From contig JALMLS010000332.1 of assembly GCA_038496445.1 (NCBI GenBank), positions 124,001-188,000 on the forward strand: a stretch of DNA of 64,000 nt. The letters run 5' to 3'. The DNA comes from Trichosphaerium sp. ATCC 40318. Its lineage: Eukaryota > Protista > Tubulinea. The notes beneath the pieces were generated by a model that ran no database searches, was not told the DNA's origin, and saw only the letters and a program-made list of their open reading frames with translations. Positions 52,816 through 64,000 of the stretch are shown here, piece by piece; position 1 is the first letter of the stretch; each line of letters opens with the position of its first letter. The translations under genes were made by a program, and so were the position numbers.

Positions 52816-53279
52816 TCTCATCATAGGCTGTAAGACTTGATGTTGTCTGGCTTGGGTTGGTGCGAAAGCTCCAGAATGGAACAATATTCTGACCATGTGG
52901 CACAAGCATTTTTAACCACGTGATTATGGTGATTATTTTGATGATGTTTTGTTGTTGTTACTTCCTTTTAACTTTCTGAATGCTAAAAAATGACTACCAC
53001 TGACCGCTGTATGCATTGGAGCACTGTTGGCAAAAAAAATACATGGTAAACGGAATACACCAGCCAACAACTCTTATTATGTCAAATACAATGAAAGCTT
53101 AACGCTACAACAAACCAGAAAAACAAATATCTAGTACGTGACATTCTATTTAGTACAAATTTGGGCTTGATCAAAGTTCGGAGTTTTCTGACTTTTTTGG
53201 ACTTTGTACTCGTAATATTCCTTTTCGCAATGATACACCGCTTGGAGCACGTAATGAAATAACCAGTGATTACACTAGC

Positions 53280-54081
53280 ATGGCTGAATTGCGGATAAAA
53301 GGTATTAGTACACTAGCTTAGTCTAAATTGCTTTACACTAAAATCAAAGCAGTGAAACGAGCGTCACACCTTCCAATAGACAAGAAAACATTTATTGAGG
53401 TACTAAACGCTATCTCAGACTTTTTTTTTCCTTATCTTCGCTTAACTCACGCAAGAGCGCTTTCAACAGGTAACAGTAATATATGGACAATCTAAGGATG
53501 ACTTCAAGTTTATCAAGAAAAGAACGGAGTATAGTAACGGTAGATGACTGCTTAGTGTTCTAATGTACTTAACTTATACGTTGCAGGCTCTAATTGTCCT
53601 GTATGGAATGAACAGTTTGTATTGTACGTACTTACTATAAAAGGGAAAATCTAGTCTTTTGTATTTATTGATTCTCTAGCGATGAAGCGACAGGTTTTAC
53701 TGGTATCATTGTTCGATGCTACGCTAAGCGCATGCGTTTAAAGAGTAAAAAGCTTCTTGGACTTGTTACAATAGAAGTAAACAAGAAACTCTTATTAGAA
53801 CACGAGCAAGGCATGGAACAGCATGTGCGTACAATCTAAAGACTATACTCCGCATTTCTAATTGTTTTAAAGTGGTTTCCGCTGTCAGTACCCCAAAAAA
53901 CGAAGACGCAAAAGGAAGGGACGCCGTCAGGCGAAATAATGCTTGATATTACCATGACAGGTACGGACAAAACAACAGCAGCAATTTCCTGACTTTTTTA
54001 CTTTAAGAAGATTCCAAGAGAGATAGCTGTGACGTCGCTTTACTTCAGACTGAGCCTATAAGCGACGAAGAACCCAGATAA
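53280..54081 (+). CDS. Small C2-domain protein
   Basis: Spliced: MAELRIKAVKRASHLP..TFIEVTV..NCPVWNEQFVF..IIVRCY..KLLGLVTI..HWFPL..SGEIMLDI. Absent from the ORF track (six introns). Confidence 0.8.
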
Positions 54082-54482
54082 AGTGAAGAAAAAAAAACCA
54101 TCCTAGCATTACATTGTACAACAAATTCAGCTTAGAAAGGCTCACTTTGTAGTGCAGCTCGGTGGAAATGTGAAAGCTTAGATGTATTATAGTTAACATA
54201 GTGGTAACACATCAAAAAACAGAAAGCTACCCACATGCACGCTTATGAGATATTGTTGTGTTACTTTATCACAAGTTTTTTAAGTTTCATTCCCTCAATG
54301 TATCATTCTGTAAAGTAATAAAGAAAATAGCGACATGAAGCAGTGAGTGGTTATAGCGTACAGAGAAACAGAACTTGAGATTAACCAAAAAAGCCATGGT
54401 CAAAAAAACTTTTCTGTTGACAAGCTGGTTTTTTTTTTGTGAGTTTTCTGTCCTTATTGTTTTAGTTTATCCGGTATTTACA

Positions 54483-55507
54483 ATGGCTGCCTCTATCAAG
54501 TTTTATTATGATGTAGTGAGCCCTTGGGCATGGTTAGGATACGAAATACTAAATCGTTACGCTCAAAAATATCCAAACAAGTTTAAAATAGTCTTAAAAC
54601 CATGTTTTCTTGGTGGTACGTCGTATTACGCGTTTTAAACTTGATATAAAAAATATTTGACACGCTTGAAACCGTTGTAATTAACAAATACGCATCTAGG
54701 AGTTATGCAAGCCTCTGGGAACAAACCACCAGCAACAGTACCAGCAAAAGGAATGTATATGGGCAAAGATCTACGCAGATCATATGATTGGGCAGGGCTA
54801 CAGGGAGGTAGTATCCCATCTAAATTTCCTATCCTTACTATTCTGGCAATGAGGTAAATCAAGTTTTCCCATAACAAAAAACTTTCTAAAAAGGCACAAA
54901 CAACGCTCTTTTTGGCTTGCAAGTTTGTCTGCTGCAATTCTCTTCCTCATGTCGTTTTAGGGTGCTAGTCGCTATGACCCTTGACAGGGCACATGCTAGT
55001 AAAGTTGGTCCTGCTAGCCAAGAATTATGGAAGTTATACTGGCGTGAAGATGTTGATACTTCAACTCCTGAAGCAGTTGCAACTGCATTGACACGTGTTG
55101 GTATGTTTGGTTATTGTTCTTTGACCACTCGATTTGCTTATTATATCTAAAGGAATGTCTACAAGCGAAGCCAAATATTTCTTGGGACAAGCAAAGGCAC
55201 CTGAAATTAAAGCAAAACTCAAGTACGTTAGTCTAAACTTATTTCAATGAAAATTGAAAAAACTTTTTCACGTTTTAACCGTTTTTTAGAGAGCTCACTC
55301 AGGAAGCAGTTAGTACAGGTGCTTTTGGAGCACCTTGGATGATAGTCGAAAGACAGGGAAAACGTGATGAAGTGTTCTTTGGTAGTGACAGGTAGGACTT
55401 TCTTTAGGAAACTTTATTGCTGAAACAATTGTTTTAGGTTCCACTTGCTATTTCCACTAATTGATGTTCCTTGGGTGGGTCCACAACCAAACAAATCAAA
55501 GTTATAA
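54483..55507 (+). CDS. GSTK1: Glutathione S-transferase kappa (DsbA-like), peroxisomal
   Basis: FYYDVVSPWAWLGYE, PCFLGGVMQASGNKPPATVPAKGMYMGKDL, GAFGAPW and FFGSDRFHLL. C-terminal SKL (PTS1). Confidence 0.92.
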
Positions 55508-55774
55508 GCAGAAACTCACAAGTAGCTTACATACCTATAAGTAAGGTTGACGTAATTATAGTATTAGCTTAGATTGTAAACAATAAACTTAAAAAAACAA
55601 TCTGGTGTTCTGGACCAGCGTGATGGCTATGAGTTTGAGGCTCACAATGTAAACTAATGCGTATCTGCCTCCAGCTGGTTTTGGAAGCAGATATACAAGA
55701 TATATCGGTTTGGACAGAGTGATAAACGAATTTTAAACAATTTTTTTTACATTTCCTTTTTTCTTAATTTATTA

Positions 55775-57180
55775 CTATTGTACATTAATGCATGAAGGTA
55801 GAATATCACACAAAGCGTCCTTCATAACTTGCCACTCCAAGGCAACAAAACAGTCAGAACATTGATTGCTATCATCGAACGCCACTTTTATATCTTTCTC
55901 ATTCACTGAAATAATGAAATGATCAGAAGCTTTTTTACTCACTTTGAATGGTTTTCCATCAAATTCTATAATAACATCTGGGTCTTCAGAGTCTATAGGC
56001 GTTATCTGAACGCGCTTATGAGTAACAATAACATCACCTAGAGGAGAAATTAGACACAAATCAAAAAATCCTTTGTTTTGGTCGTACACATTGGAGGCTT
56101 CCAAAATAGTTTATGCCATGCGGGTTTGCTATCAGGCATTGTAGCTTTGCCCTTAAAAGTCATATGTGGGCAGTAATTGAGAAGTTGGTGATCTGAAATT
56201 GCATTATAATTACGCTCCAACTCAGCTCTCGGCATGGACGCTAGTGATGTTGCAGAAGTTGTGCGAATGAATTGATCAAGTGTCATTGATGATATTATTC
56301 TCTCTGAATGCCTAGAGAGTAAAATAAGCACAAGTCAGAGACAAAAAAAACGAAGAATGTTAGAAACTCTGGAAGTTTCATTCAAATTTTTTTGAGTTTT
56401 CCTTTTTTTCTTGAACGTACTTATCAACGTTTAACATGATAAGGGAATAGGACAGTAGGTACATATCATCATGAACTGTTTTATCCAAGCCGTTTTGCTC
56501 ACAGTATGCTATAGAAAATTCTTCAATGATTCTATCAATATAAGATCCTTCTCCTGGGAACTCCATCAACGACAACATTGCCCTGAAGGTAACCAGTCAG
56601 ATTTTTGTAGAGACATCATTCGCCGTGAGAAAACGTACCGTAGGCATAGGTCAATAGAATGGCCCTTGAAGTTAAACTGAGACAAGAAGTACGAAAATAG
56701 CTTGCGATCCTCTTTGGCAAACAAATAACCTGGAATAAAGTGAGCTAACGATGTACAGCGTTGTTGGCGACGTTACCAAGCTGCTTTAGTGGGATTTTGT
56801 CAATGTTTCGTAATAGGCATGTAATAATGCTCTCAGGGGTATCTAGAACTCCCTCATCTTTCCACAACCTTTATTATGTTACTTTGGGCGGTTATAAGTG
56901 ATACGTACAGAATCGCATTAACAGGTTTGTGCATATTCTTGAAAAGCGTGTAGAACTTCTCCAGACGCTTATATTTTGCTTTCCAAGTGTCAGGAGGAGT
57001 GATTGGTGGTATAATGGCTATTTTGTAATAACGTCGTGAAAGCTGTATCCAGACGCTGTTACTTGACGCAATAGACTGTAAACGTTTACATGTTGCAGAA
57101 ATAGAAGCAATCGCATCTAGAGATAAATAATCTAGAGCAAGCGTATACCATATATCATTTGGAAGAGAGTCGGCGCTCAT
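55775..57180 (-). CDS. F-box + Sec7 domain protein (FBXO8-like) with PH-like tail
   Basis: DSLPNDIWYTLALDYLSLDAIASISATCKRL (F-box). EFPGEGSYIDRIIEEFS..YLLSYSLIMLNVD..MTLDQFIR (Sec7). Confidence 0.8.
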
Positions 57181-57501
57181 TGTTTGTATTGTGGAGTTTA
57201 ATAATAAATACTTCACGAGGTGAACTTTTATTTGAAACATCGACGTTGTCATTCGGCTAAAATTGTTTTTGGTTTTTCTTACTTTGACTTAACATTACAA
57301 CCCTTTAAGCTTTGTGAACAGTCAAAACAGTAAAAATTAATGGCTTGTTTTGTGTAATAAGGAAATAATGGCTTGTCCCAGAGAATCGTTTTTTGACACG
57401 TGACACATTGTCATTTTGAAATTCAAAAAATTTGCAACTTTTTATTTATTTATTTTCTTTCAGTCTTGGTTGTACACAGCTTGGTTTGCGTATAAATTTT
57501 G

Positions 57502-58696
57502 CTAAGCTAAGGCTTTATTTACAGTCATATGATATTCTTTAAGCTCAGTAATCCATGAATCATCAAGTTTGAAGTTTCCACCAAACTAAAAGTTTAATAA
57601 ATGTCAAATGTTTGACAAGGTTCGGAGCTGACGTACTTCAGTAGGAATTTTATCAACATTTACGTATTTATTTATACCCTTTTTATCAGCAAGAACAAGC
57701 TTTCATAAAGTTAGTGACTGTTTTACTTTTTTATCGAACCAAAAAAACCGCGTACTCTTTTCTGCATTTTGACAGGCGTGAACAACTTTGCAATAGCCCA
57801 AATAGCTTTGAATATTAGTCCTGGGTTATGACACATCATATTCTTTACCCTCATAGGTATAGTATCCTGTAAAAGCACTTGAGTAACTCCAAAAATGTAC
57901 TTCTTTCAAAGAAATCCTTACCTGAATATTTGTAAAGACTTTTTCTGTTTCTGCATCAAAATTTGCCCATTGCAAGCCTTTACATTGAAAGTAATACGAG
58001 AATCCAATTCTCTGTTCTTCAATACTTTAACAGATGTTAGTTTAAATACTAAATGATAATAACTCACGGAGTTATGTGGAGTATGTATTCCATCAAAAAC
58101 ATCATTACAGCTATTATTTTTTCGCGTCCAATTTTAACAGGATAGTAGCCCTTGACGCCCATAAAGATGACTGTACTTCCTTTTTTCTCACATCTAGTAT
58201 TATTTAACGGCTTTAAAAGCAAGTTTCGGGGTACTTTGGCGCTGGTATTGGTTGACAAATGTAGCCAGTGCGAAATTCTTTCTCCATTTCCTCCCAGGAG
58301 TACGTGTGCCACTTGACTTTTGTCCATAGCTCCTAATGAAGAAATAAGCGTCCGGATTTTACGCAAAAGCCGCAGGAGTACTTACAATAAAGTTTGTGAG
58401 CGCTTCGAATGCTCTAGGTACGTCTTTTTTTGAAATAATAAAGCTTGTAAGGAATTTTTCTTTAACTACTTTTTTCAACCACGCGTCGAATACAGGGTTC
58501 TTTGGGGCTAGTTCCTCATTGTATTTCTGTACAAGAGTCGCAATACGCTACAAAACTCCAATTACTTTACTACATTGTCAAATTTCGCGTCCATACGCCC
58601 ACATAGGCCACACGCCGTGAAATAAAGGTAAAAAAATGAACTTACTTCATTTTCGGGTGGTAATTGGTCTGCTGGTATTTTTGGAAGTGTGGACAT
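57502..58696 (-). CDS. CRAL-TRIO / Sec14-like lipid-binding protein
   Basis: KKDVPRAFEALTNF, QDTIPMRVKNMMCHNPGLIFKAIWAIAKLF and DKIPTEFGG. Confidence 0.85.
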
Positions 58697-59209
58697 GTGT
58701 ATTGTATGCTGTGTGGTAAAGTGTAAGCTTTTACAGTTCCGTGAGTTTAAATAAGGAAGGAATGAATAACAATTCAAAGCAAGTCGGGTAAATTAAAAAT
58801 ACGACTTCGTATCTTTTAATTGTCTTCAGATACAATACTATGCAAAGCACTGGTAGCTATCAAAATGGCAGAGTTTGAGTTTTGTGGGGCTGTGGTTCAG
58901 TGACACGTGGACAAAAAAGCGTTCATAGAAATAGCCAACATTCTAAATGTTGAACTCAGTTTGCTTTCGATTGTCTTCTGCACAACGTAAGTAATACTTA
59001 GCATAATTAACAAACCTAGCGGTAGAACAAGGGTGATATATTCGTTGTAAATACTCTCGCGGTGATCCAGAAAACATAGAAAACTTTCCCTTTGATATTT
59101 TTTGTAAACTTAGATGTAATTTAAACTACCAATACAGTAGTCTTTTTATTGTTTCTGCAGTACAAGTACTACAGATATGTACATGATAGATACTTAAAAA
59201 AGCCTATTC

Positions 59210-60379
59210 TTAACAGCTCACTGTATCTTTGTTTTGTTCGATGAAGTCAACAACCCCTTCAACCAAAAACTTGCCTTCACGCAGTTTTGTGTATTCACAT
59301 GTAGACATGAGTTTACGTATAAAAGTAGAACTAAGGGATTGCTCTGATGTTGTTTGAACTAAGTTCAGGTTTTCTATAGCATCAGGAAACTCCTGCATTG
59401 CTTCAAAAACAGTTAACAATAAAACAAGATGAAGCATAAAATGAACTAAGTTGTACCTTCTTTAACTTTCTCTGTTTCTTCACTTCTTCCAATACATATA
59501 CAAGGTTCACTGCACCTTTTCCACAGACTTACTCTTAGTACATGGTCTGCACCACATATTAACATTACACTAAGTGATGAGGTACCAACACATTTTCTAC
59601 TTTAAACATCAGAAAATTGAAACTATGATAAACCGACATTTCGTCAACTTGAACTTTTCTTTGCCTTACCCGATTTCTTCCTGCATTTTAGTTTGTGTTT
59701 TAGTTGTACTTGCTTCTCCCCAAGAACATACATCTATCCAATCTTGATAATAATTCAGTATAAACTCGTAAAATAAACAAGAAGCACTCACCAGAATTAC
59801 TCGTTGATATTTCGCACATTTTAACACGATTTTCCAAAGTGATAGCTTCTGAGTTAATTATAAGCACAAGTAGGAGATCATGATTATACTGGGTACCTTT
59901 CTTTAGCTTCCATTTAACTTTCATGTCCGAAGAAGGTGATATAAATCCACCAACAACGACTTTATTTTCGTTTTTCTCCATAGCTTCGCGTGCAATATCA
60001 AAGGCTTTTTTGCGAAAGTTTTCCGTCAGTACAAAAAAAATCCAAAAAAAAAAAAGCTTTTCGGCCTTTAAAGCTGTGGGTAGTACGTACTCTTTATATG
60101 CATAACGTGAACTGGATTAAATGACCCGCAAAGTAGCAGTATAACCAACTGCTTTTCAGGATCATTTTGTTGAGCTTTTTCGATGTTTTTACGCAGTTTT
60201 AGAGTTGGTAGAGATACCTCACTCCAAAGCGAGTCGTTTTTAGCACTCTTTTCGTTTTCGGCCTCTAAAGTTGTTATAAACACGATTAATACATAATTGA
60301 GGTAATTAGTTGAGTACGAACTGCATAAATACTCTTTAGTATCATACTTACGTCAGGACGTACCTGCTATATTTGCCAT
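59210..60379 (-). CDS. NMN/NaMN adenylyltransferase-like cytidylyltransferase-family protein
   Basis: LLLCGSFNPVHVMH, VVGGFISPSSD, RVKMCEI..SDWIDV..W, LICGADH and LSSTFIRK. Confidence 0.8.
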
Positions 60380-60656
60380 GCGGTTATACAGTCTACAGGA
60401 TGTTTTGCGCCTTATACGCGTCAAAAAACGTAATACTCTGGCCTTTCACTGAACTTTTGTTTTAGCATCTGCACTCTTCAAGGGATATGTAAGGGTGGGT
60501 CTGCTACAAAGCAATTGGAAGGTTACGTAAAATATAGATTTCGTACTGCTCTAGGCAATGATGGTTGCGCTGAAATGCCGAAAAAAGTCTTATGAACAAA
60601 CGTTTAAAAATCGACTTTGCCACCCAAATCCTGATTGTACGTTTTCGTATAGCCTA

Positions 60657-63184
60657 ATGCTACAAAGAATAAGCTTCGCATCATCTACTGCTAGTGGTAG
60701 AAGCGTCAGAACTCGACTTCAGAAGAGGGATGTATCTAGACGCTCAAAGTTATTCATTCCTCTAGTAAATCAAGCCCCACGCGATGCGCGTGCTAATAGC
60801 CATAAAATTCTCGTTCAGGGTGGATATATTCGCCAAGTACGCCAAATTCTTACCAAAACGTATTATACGCATATTATACGCGTACTTAATTGATATCTAG
60901 ACTGCTGCTGGTATATACCAGGTACAAATAAACGTCAAACACTAATTTAACCAAAAAGAGCCATAGTACCTTCCCCTCGGGCTCAGGGTACTAGAAAAAA
61001 TATCAAAAATTGTTTCAGACGAGATGACGAGCATTGGTGGTCAAAAAATGCAAATGCCTAAATTACTACGTGCAGGTACCTTTTGAGATACTATTTTGTG
61101 ATTCATATGTATTTTAACGAACGTGTAAAGACGCCTGGAAAGAAACTGGTAGATGGGAGAGCAGTGGGGCCGAGGTAGACAGCCAAAATCGTTGTATCAA
61201 TTTAAACACTTTTCTAGCTTATTCGGCTTAAAGATCGAAAATCTGAGGACTACTGTCTTGGTCCTACTCATGAAGAAGTGTTCACACAGCTAGCAGCGCA
61301 AGAGGTTACATCAGTGAATAGCTTACCATTGAGGTTGTACCAGATAGGTAGGAGAGATATCAACAATGTACTTTGGCTAATTTTTTTCAAAAAAGGAGAA
61401 AAATATAGGGATGAAATGAGGCCACGTTTTGGCATTTTGAGGGCACGTGAGTTCATCATGAAAGATATGTACACATTCGATGTTGATATAGAAGCAGCAA
61501 AATCAACATATAATGGTACTTAGTATACACCTGTCACGTGCTTAATGTAATACATCTTAGATGTTAGAGAAAGTTATAAAAAAGTTCTATCAAGACTGAA
61601 ACTACCGTTTGTTATTGCTGCAGCAGATTCTGGTAATATAGGCGGTAATCTATCAGAAGAATTTCATGTACTTAACACGGATATTGGTGAAGACGTAATA
61701 TTACATTGCTCCTGTGGCAATTTTTCTTCAAATGTTGAAAAATCGGTACAAACTCCTCTTTTTCTGTGATTTTGTTTCAGGTCACTACTATCACTTACTT
61801 ATATGTATTAGTTAACGATATCTTCAAGTTTAATACCTCCATTACCAGAAAATATGACAATGCAGAATCTCATAGAGGGCTTGAATAGTTTGGATAAGAC
61901 TTTTCCTTTAAAGCAATACATGTTTACTGTACGATTTTTTGTATTCTATTTTAGGACGGTTCCTGGTGTCACTTTTTTGCTTACATCTTTGTTGGAATAG
62001 GTCGAAGGCAAAAAGTACGTATTATTGATGCCAAGGAAACGTAAAGTAAATTGGATTGGTGTACAAAGGCACTTAAAAGCAGAGAAACTAGATCCGTATA
62101 AAAGTATGCTTTTAAATCAACAAAAAAATGACAAACAACCAACCCTTATCTAATTGTTTTTAAATAGCTGAACCTATTGAAAATCTATCTGATTACAACG
62201 TACTTGTTGACGTTCATATACAAAAATCAGGTACATTTTGAAATAAGGTTTTGTCATCAGATCTTTCTTTATTCTCAACAAATTATGAGATTGGGCGTCG
62301 ATTCTCGGTTTACCTGAAGAACAGTATGCAAATCTTGGAGAATCTAAAGCTGGTGAGAACCCAGAGAGTTGTGAAAAGAAAGATTGTATAGGCACACAAG
62401 AAGTTAAAGGTGTAGAGGTAACGTGTAGTGAATCCTTTTTATTCGTTCATTGAATATAACTTGACTCAAATGTTTTGTTTTAAAAAGGTTGGTCACGTAT
62501 TCTTATTGGGACAAAAGTATTCCAAAATTTTTGATTGTAGTTATTCAGACAAAGGAGAAAAACGTGCTGTAGAAATGGGGTACGTTGAACTGATTTATCA
62601 CAAAGAGAAGAGGAAACTTCTTCTTATTTTTTTCTTATTTTGTTTTTTAGATGTTATGGACTTGGAGTGTCTAGATTGCTTGCTGCCCTAGTGGAAGTCA
62701 ATTCAGAAGTAAAAAATAATAAAAGCATTACAAAGTGGCCACTTTCAGTAGCACCTTATGCTTTGGCTATCCTTACACTTCCAGAGACAGGTACATGTTT
62801 TTTTATCACTAGTGATAGTAATTTATTCATTATTGTTCTCACTCACCCTGAAAATAAGAATCACGTGGCTCTGATATTGCGAATCTCTTGGATACAAAGT
62901 ATCCTATACTCTCTCAACACGCATTCATAGATGATAGAGAGCTCAAAATTGGCCGTAAAATGAAGGAAGCACTTCAATTCGTCCCACATGTTGTACGACA
63001 AAATAGTTTGTTTTTCTTTTTAAATTTTACCTTGATGACAGCAGTATTAACCTGTGTTTAGATAATTATTGGTACTAAAGCAAAAGACGGTGAATATGAA
63101 ATGGAAGATCAAAATGGTAACAAAACAATACGATCCCAACAAGAATTCGAAGTATTTTGTAATGAACTTCAATCTCAATTGTAA
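60657..63184 (+). CDS. proS: Prolyl-tRNA synthetase, bacterial/mitochondrial type
   Basis: Arg/Ser-rich transit-like N-terminus. [87 protein letters not shown] and [12 protein letters not shown]. Confidence 0.93.
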
Positions 63185-63372
63185 CAAATCAAACACGAAT
63201 TTGCAACTACAACTTTGTAATGCCACCTAACTTTCGCTCCAACAAAGACCATTCTTTAGTCATCACGAAACATGAGCAATTGTTTGCAAAGCGGTTCGTG
63301 CATAGATTCTACAGTGGTACAAAGCAAACCATTTTTTTTTTGGAATTGAAGATTTATTGGATATTAAAGAAA

Positions 63373-64000
63373 TTACTTGTATCCTCCTTGATTTCCGAAT
63401 TTTTTGATAATATCATCATTATGAGGATTAATAGGATTCATCAAATAAGGGTACTTTTGTACAGCAAGTTTCCATTGATACTCTGCAGTCAAGTAATTCG
63501 CAACCTGACTCCTAAATGGAGAAAAAAAAAGTCAAACAAAATCTTCCTTAGTCTGAGTTTTTAACGCACGGATGGAAGCCATCAACAGGTTCAATCAAGT
63601 CAATTAAATCTCCACCTTGTTCTTTATACTCGGCGAATATAGCTAAAGTAGGTTTTTTCGATAAGTAAACAGTATATAAACAGTTATAGTTGGTACCTTG
63701 TAGAGGGTTATCAAAGTATGTCATATCGAAATTCTTGAAAGTGTTGTTCGCCATTATTTTACTGTAAACAGCAGAAAGTTCTATAGCACGTTGTGTAGTC
63801 AATTCACGCCATGTTGCATTTGAATTCATCCATCCAAAGCAAGGAGATATTTCCTAAGAGAACAAACAATATTAGTTAACCAAAAAAAGTTTTTTAGGTT
63901 AACCATCCATTCGTACCAGGCAGTTAAAGTAGTCGTAGTAGTGCGAATACGTAACATCTTTCCTGTATGAACCAAGTGGATGTATCTTGTTCGCTAGAAG
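63373..64000 (-). CDS. AOAH: Acyloxyacyl hydrolase (C-terminal part; gene starts outside the window)
   Basis: VTYSHYYDYFNCLEISPCFGWMNSNATWRELTTQRA, LIEPVDGFHPSQ and NPHNDDIIKKFGNQGGY. Confidence 0.88.

Noticed and set aside
56040-56110. Apparent frameshift between overlapping ORFs in the F-box-Sec7 gene
   Set aside because: Resolved by a normal GTACGA...CTAG intron.
1-64000. Alternative genetic code, stop readthrough, tRNA/rRNA/snRNA genes, CRISPR arrays
   Set aside because: The in-frame stops I checked in conserved genes fall in introns, and TAA, TAG and TGA are all used as terminators. No RNA-gene or repeat-spacer signatures were seen by eye.

Overview
AT-rich (roughly 35% GC by eye), gene-dense eukaryotic DNA with many short spliceosomal introns (mostly about 40-140 nt). 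It is most consistent with an amoebozoan protist, given a CudA-like transcription factor and a SecG-like ANK-Sec7-PH module. About 27 protein-coding genes can be assembled by hand; the ORF track only shows fragments of them. No rRNA, tRNA or CRISPR was recognised. Highlight 1: two paralogous genes (31883-35031 and 41247-44234) encode what looks like a self-processing secretory polyprotein. The order is signal peptide, Reeler domain, Cys-rich module, GPI-signal/TM-like segment, then a SECOND internal signal peptide ending immediately before a His that starts an LPMO-like histidine-brace domain. Highlight 2: the palindrome CACGTG occurs about once per kb (62 found by manual scan, about 6 expected from base composition). 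Highlight 3: GC-AG introns are unusually frequent. Highlight 4: one gene fuses an Arf-GEF (Sec7-PH) to a RasGAP. Highlight 5: a 5'-truncated poly(A)-tailed retroelement with a perfect 17-bp target-site duplication sits in exon 1 of an F-box/LRR gene. All gene models and family calls are by-eye motif recognition, not database results.
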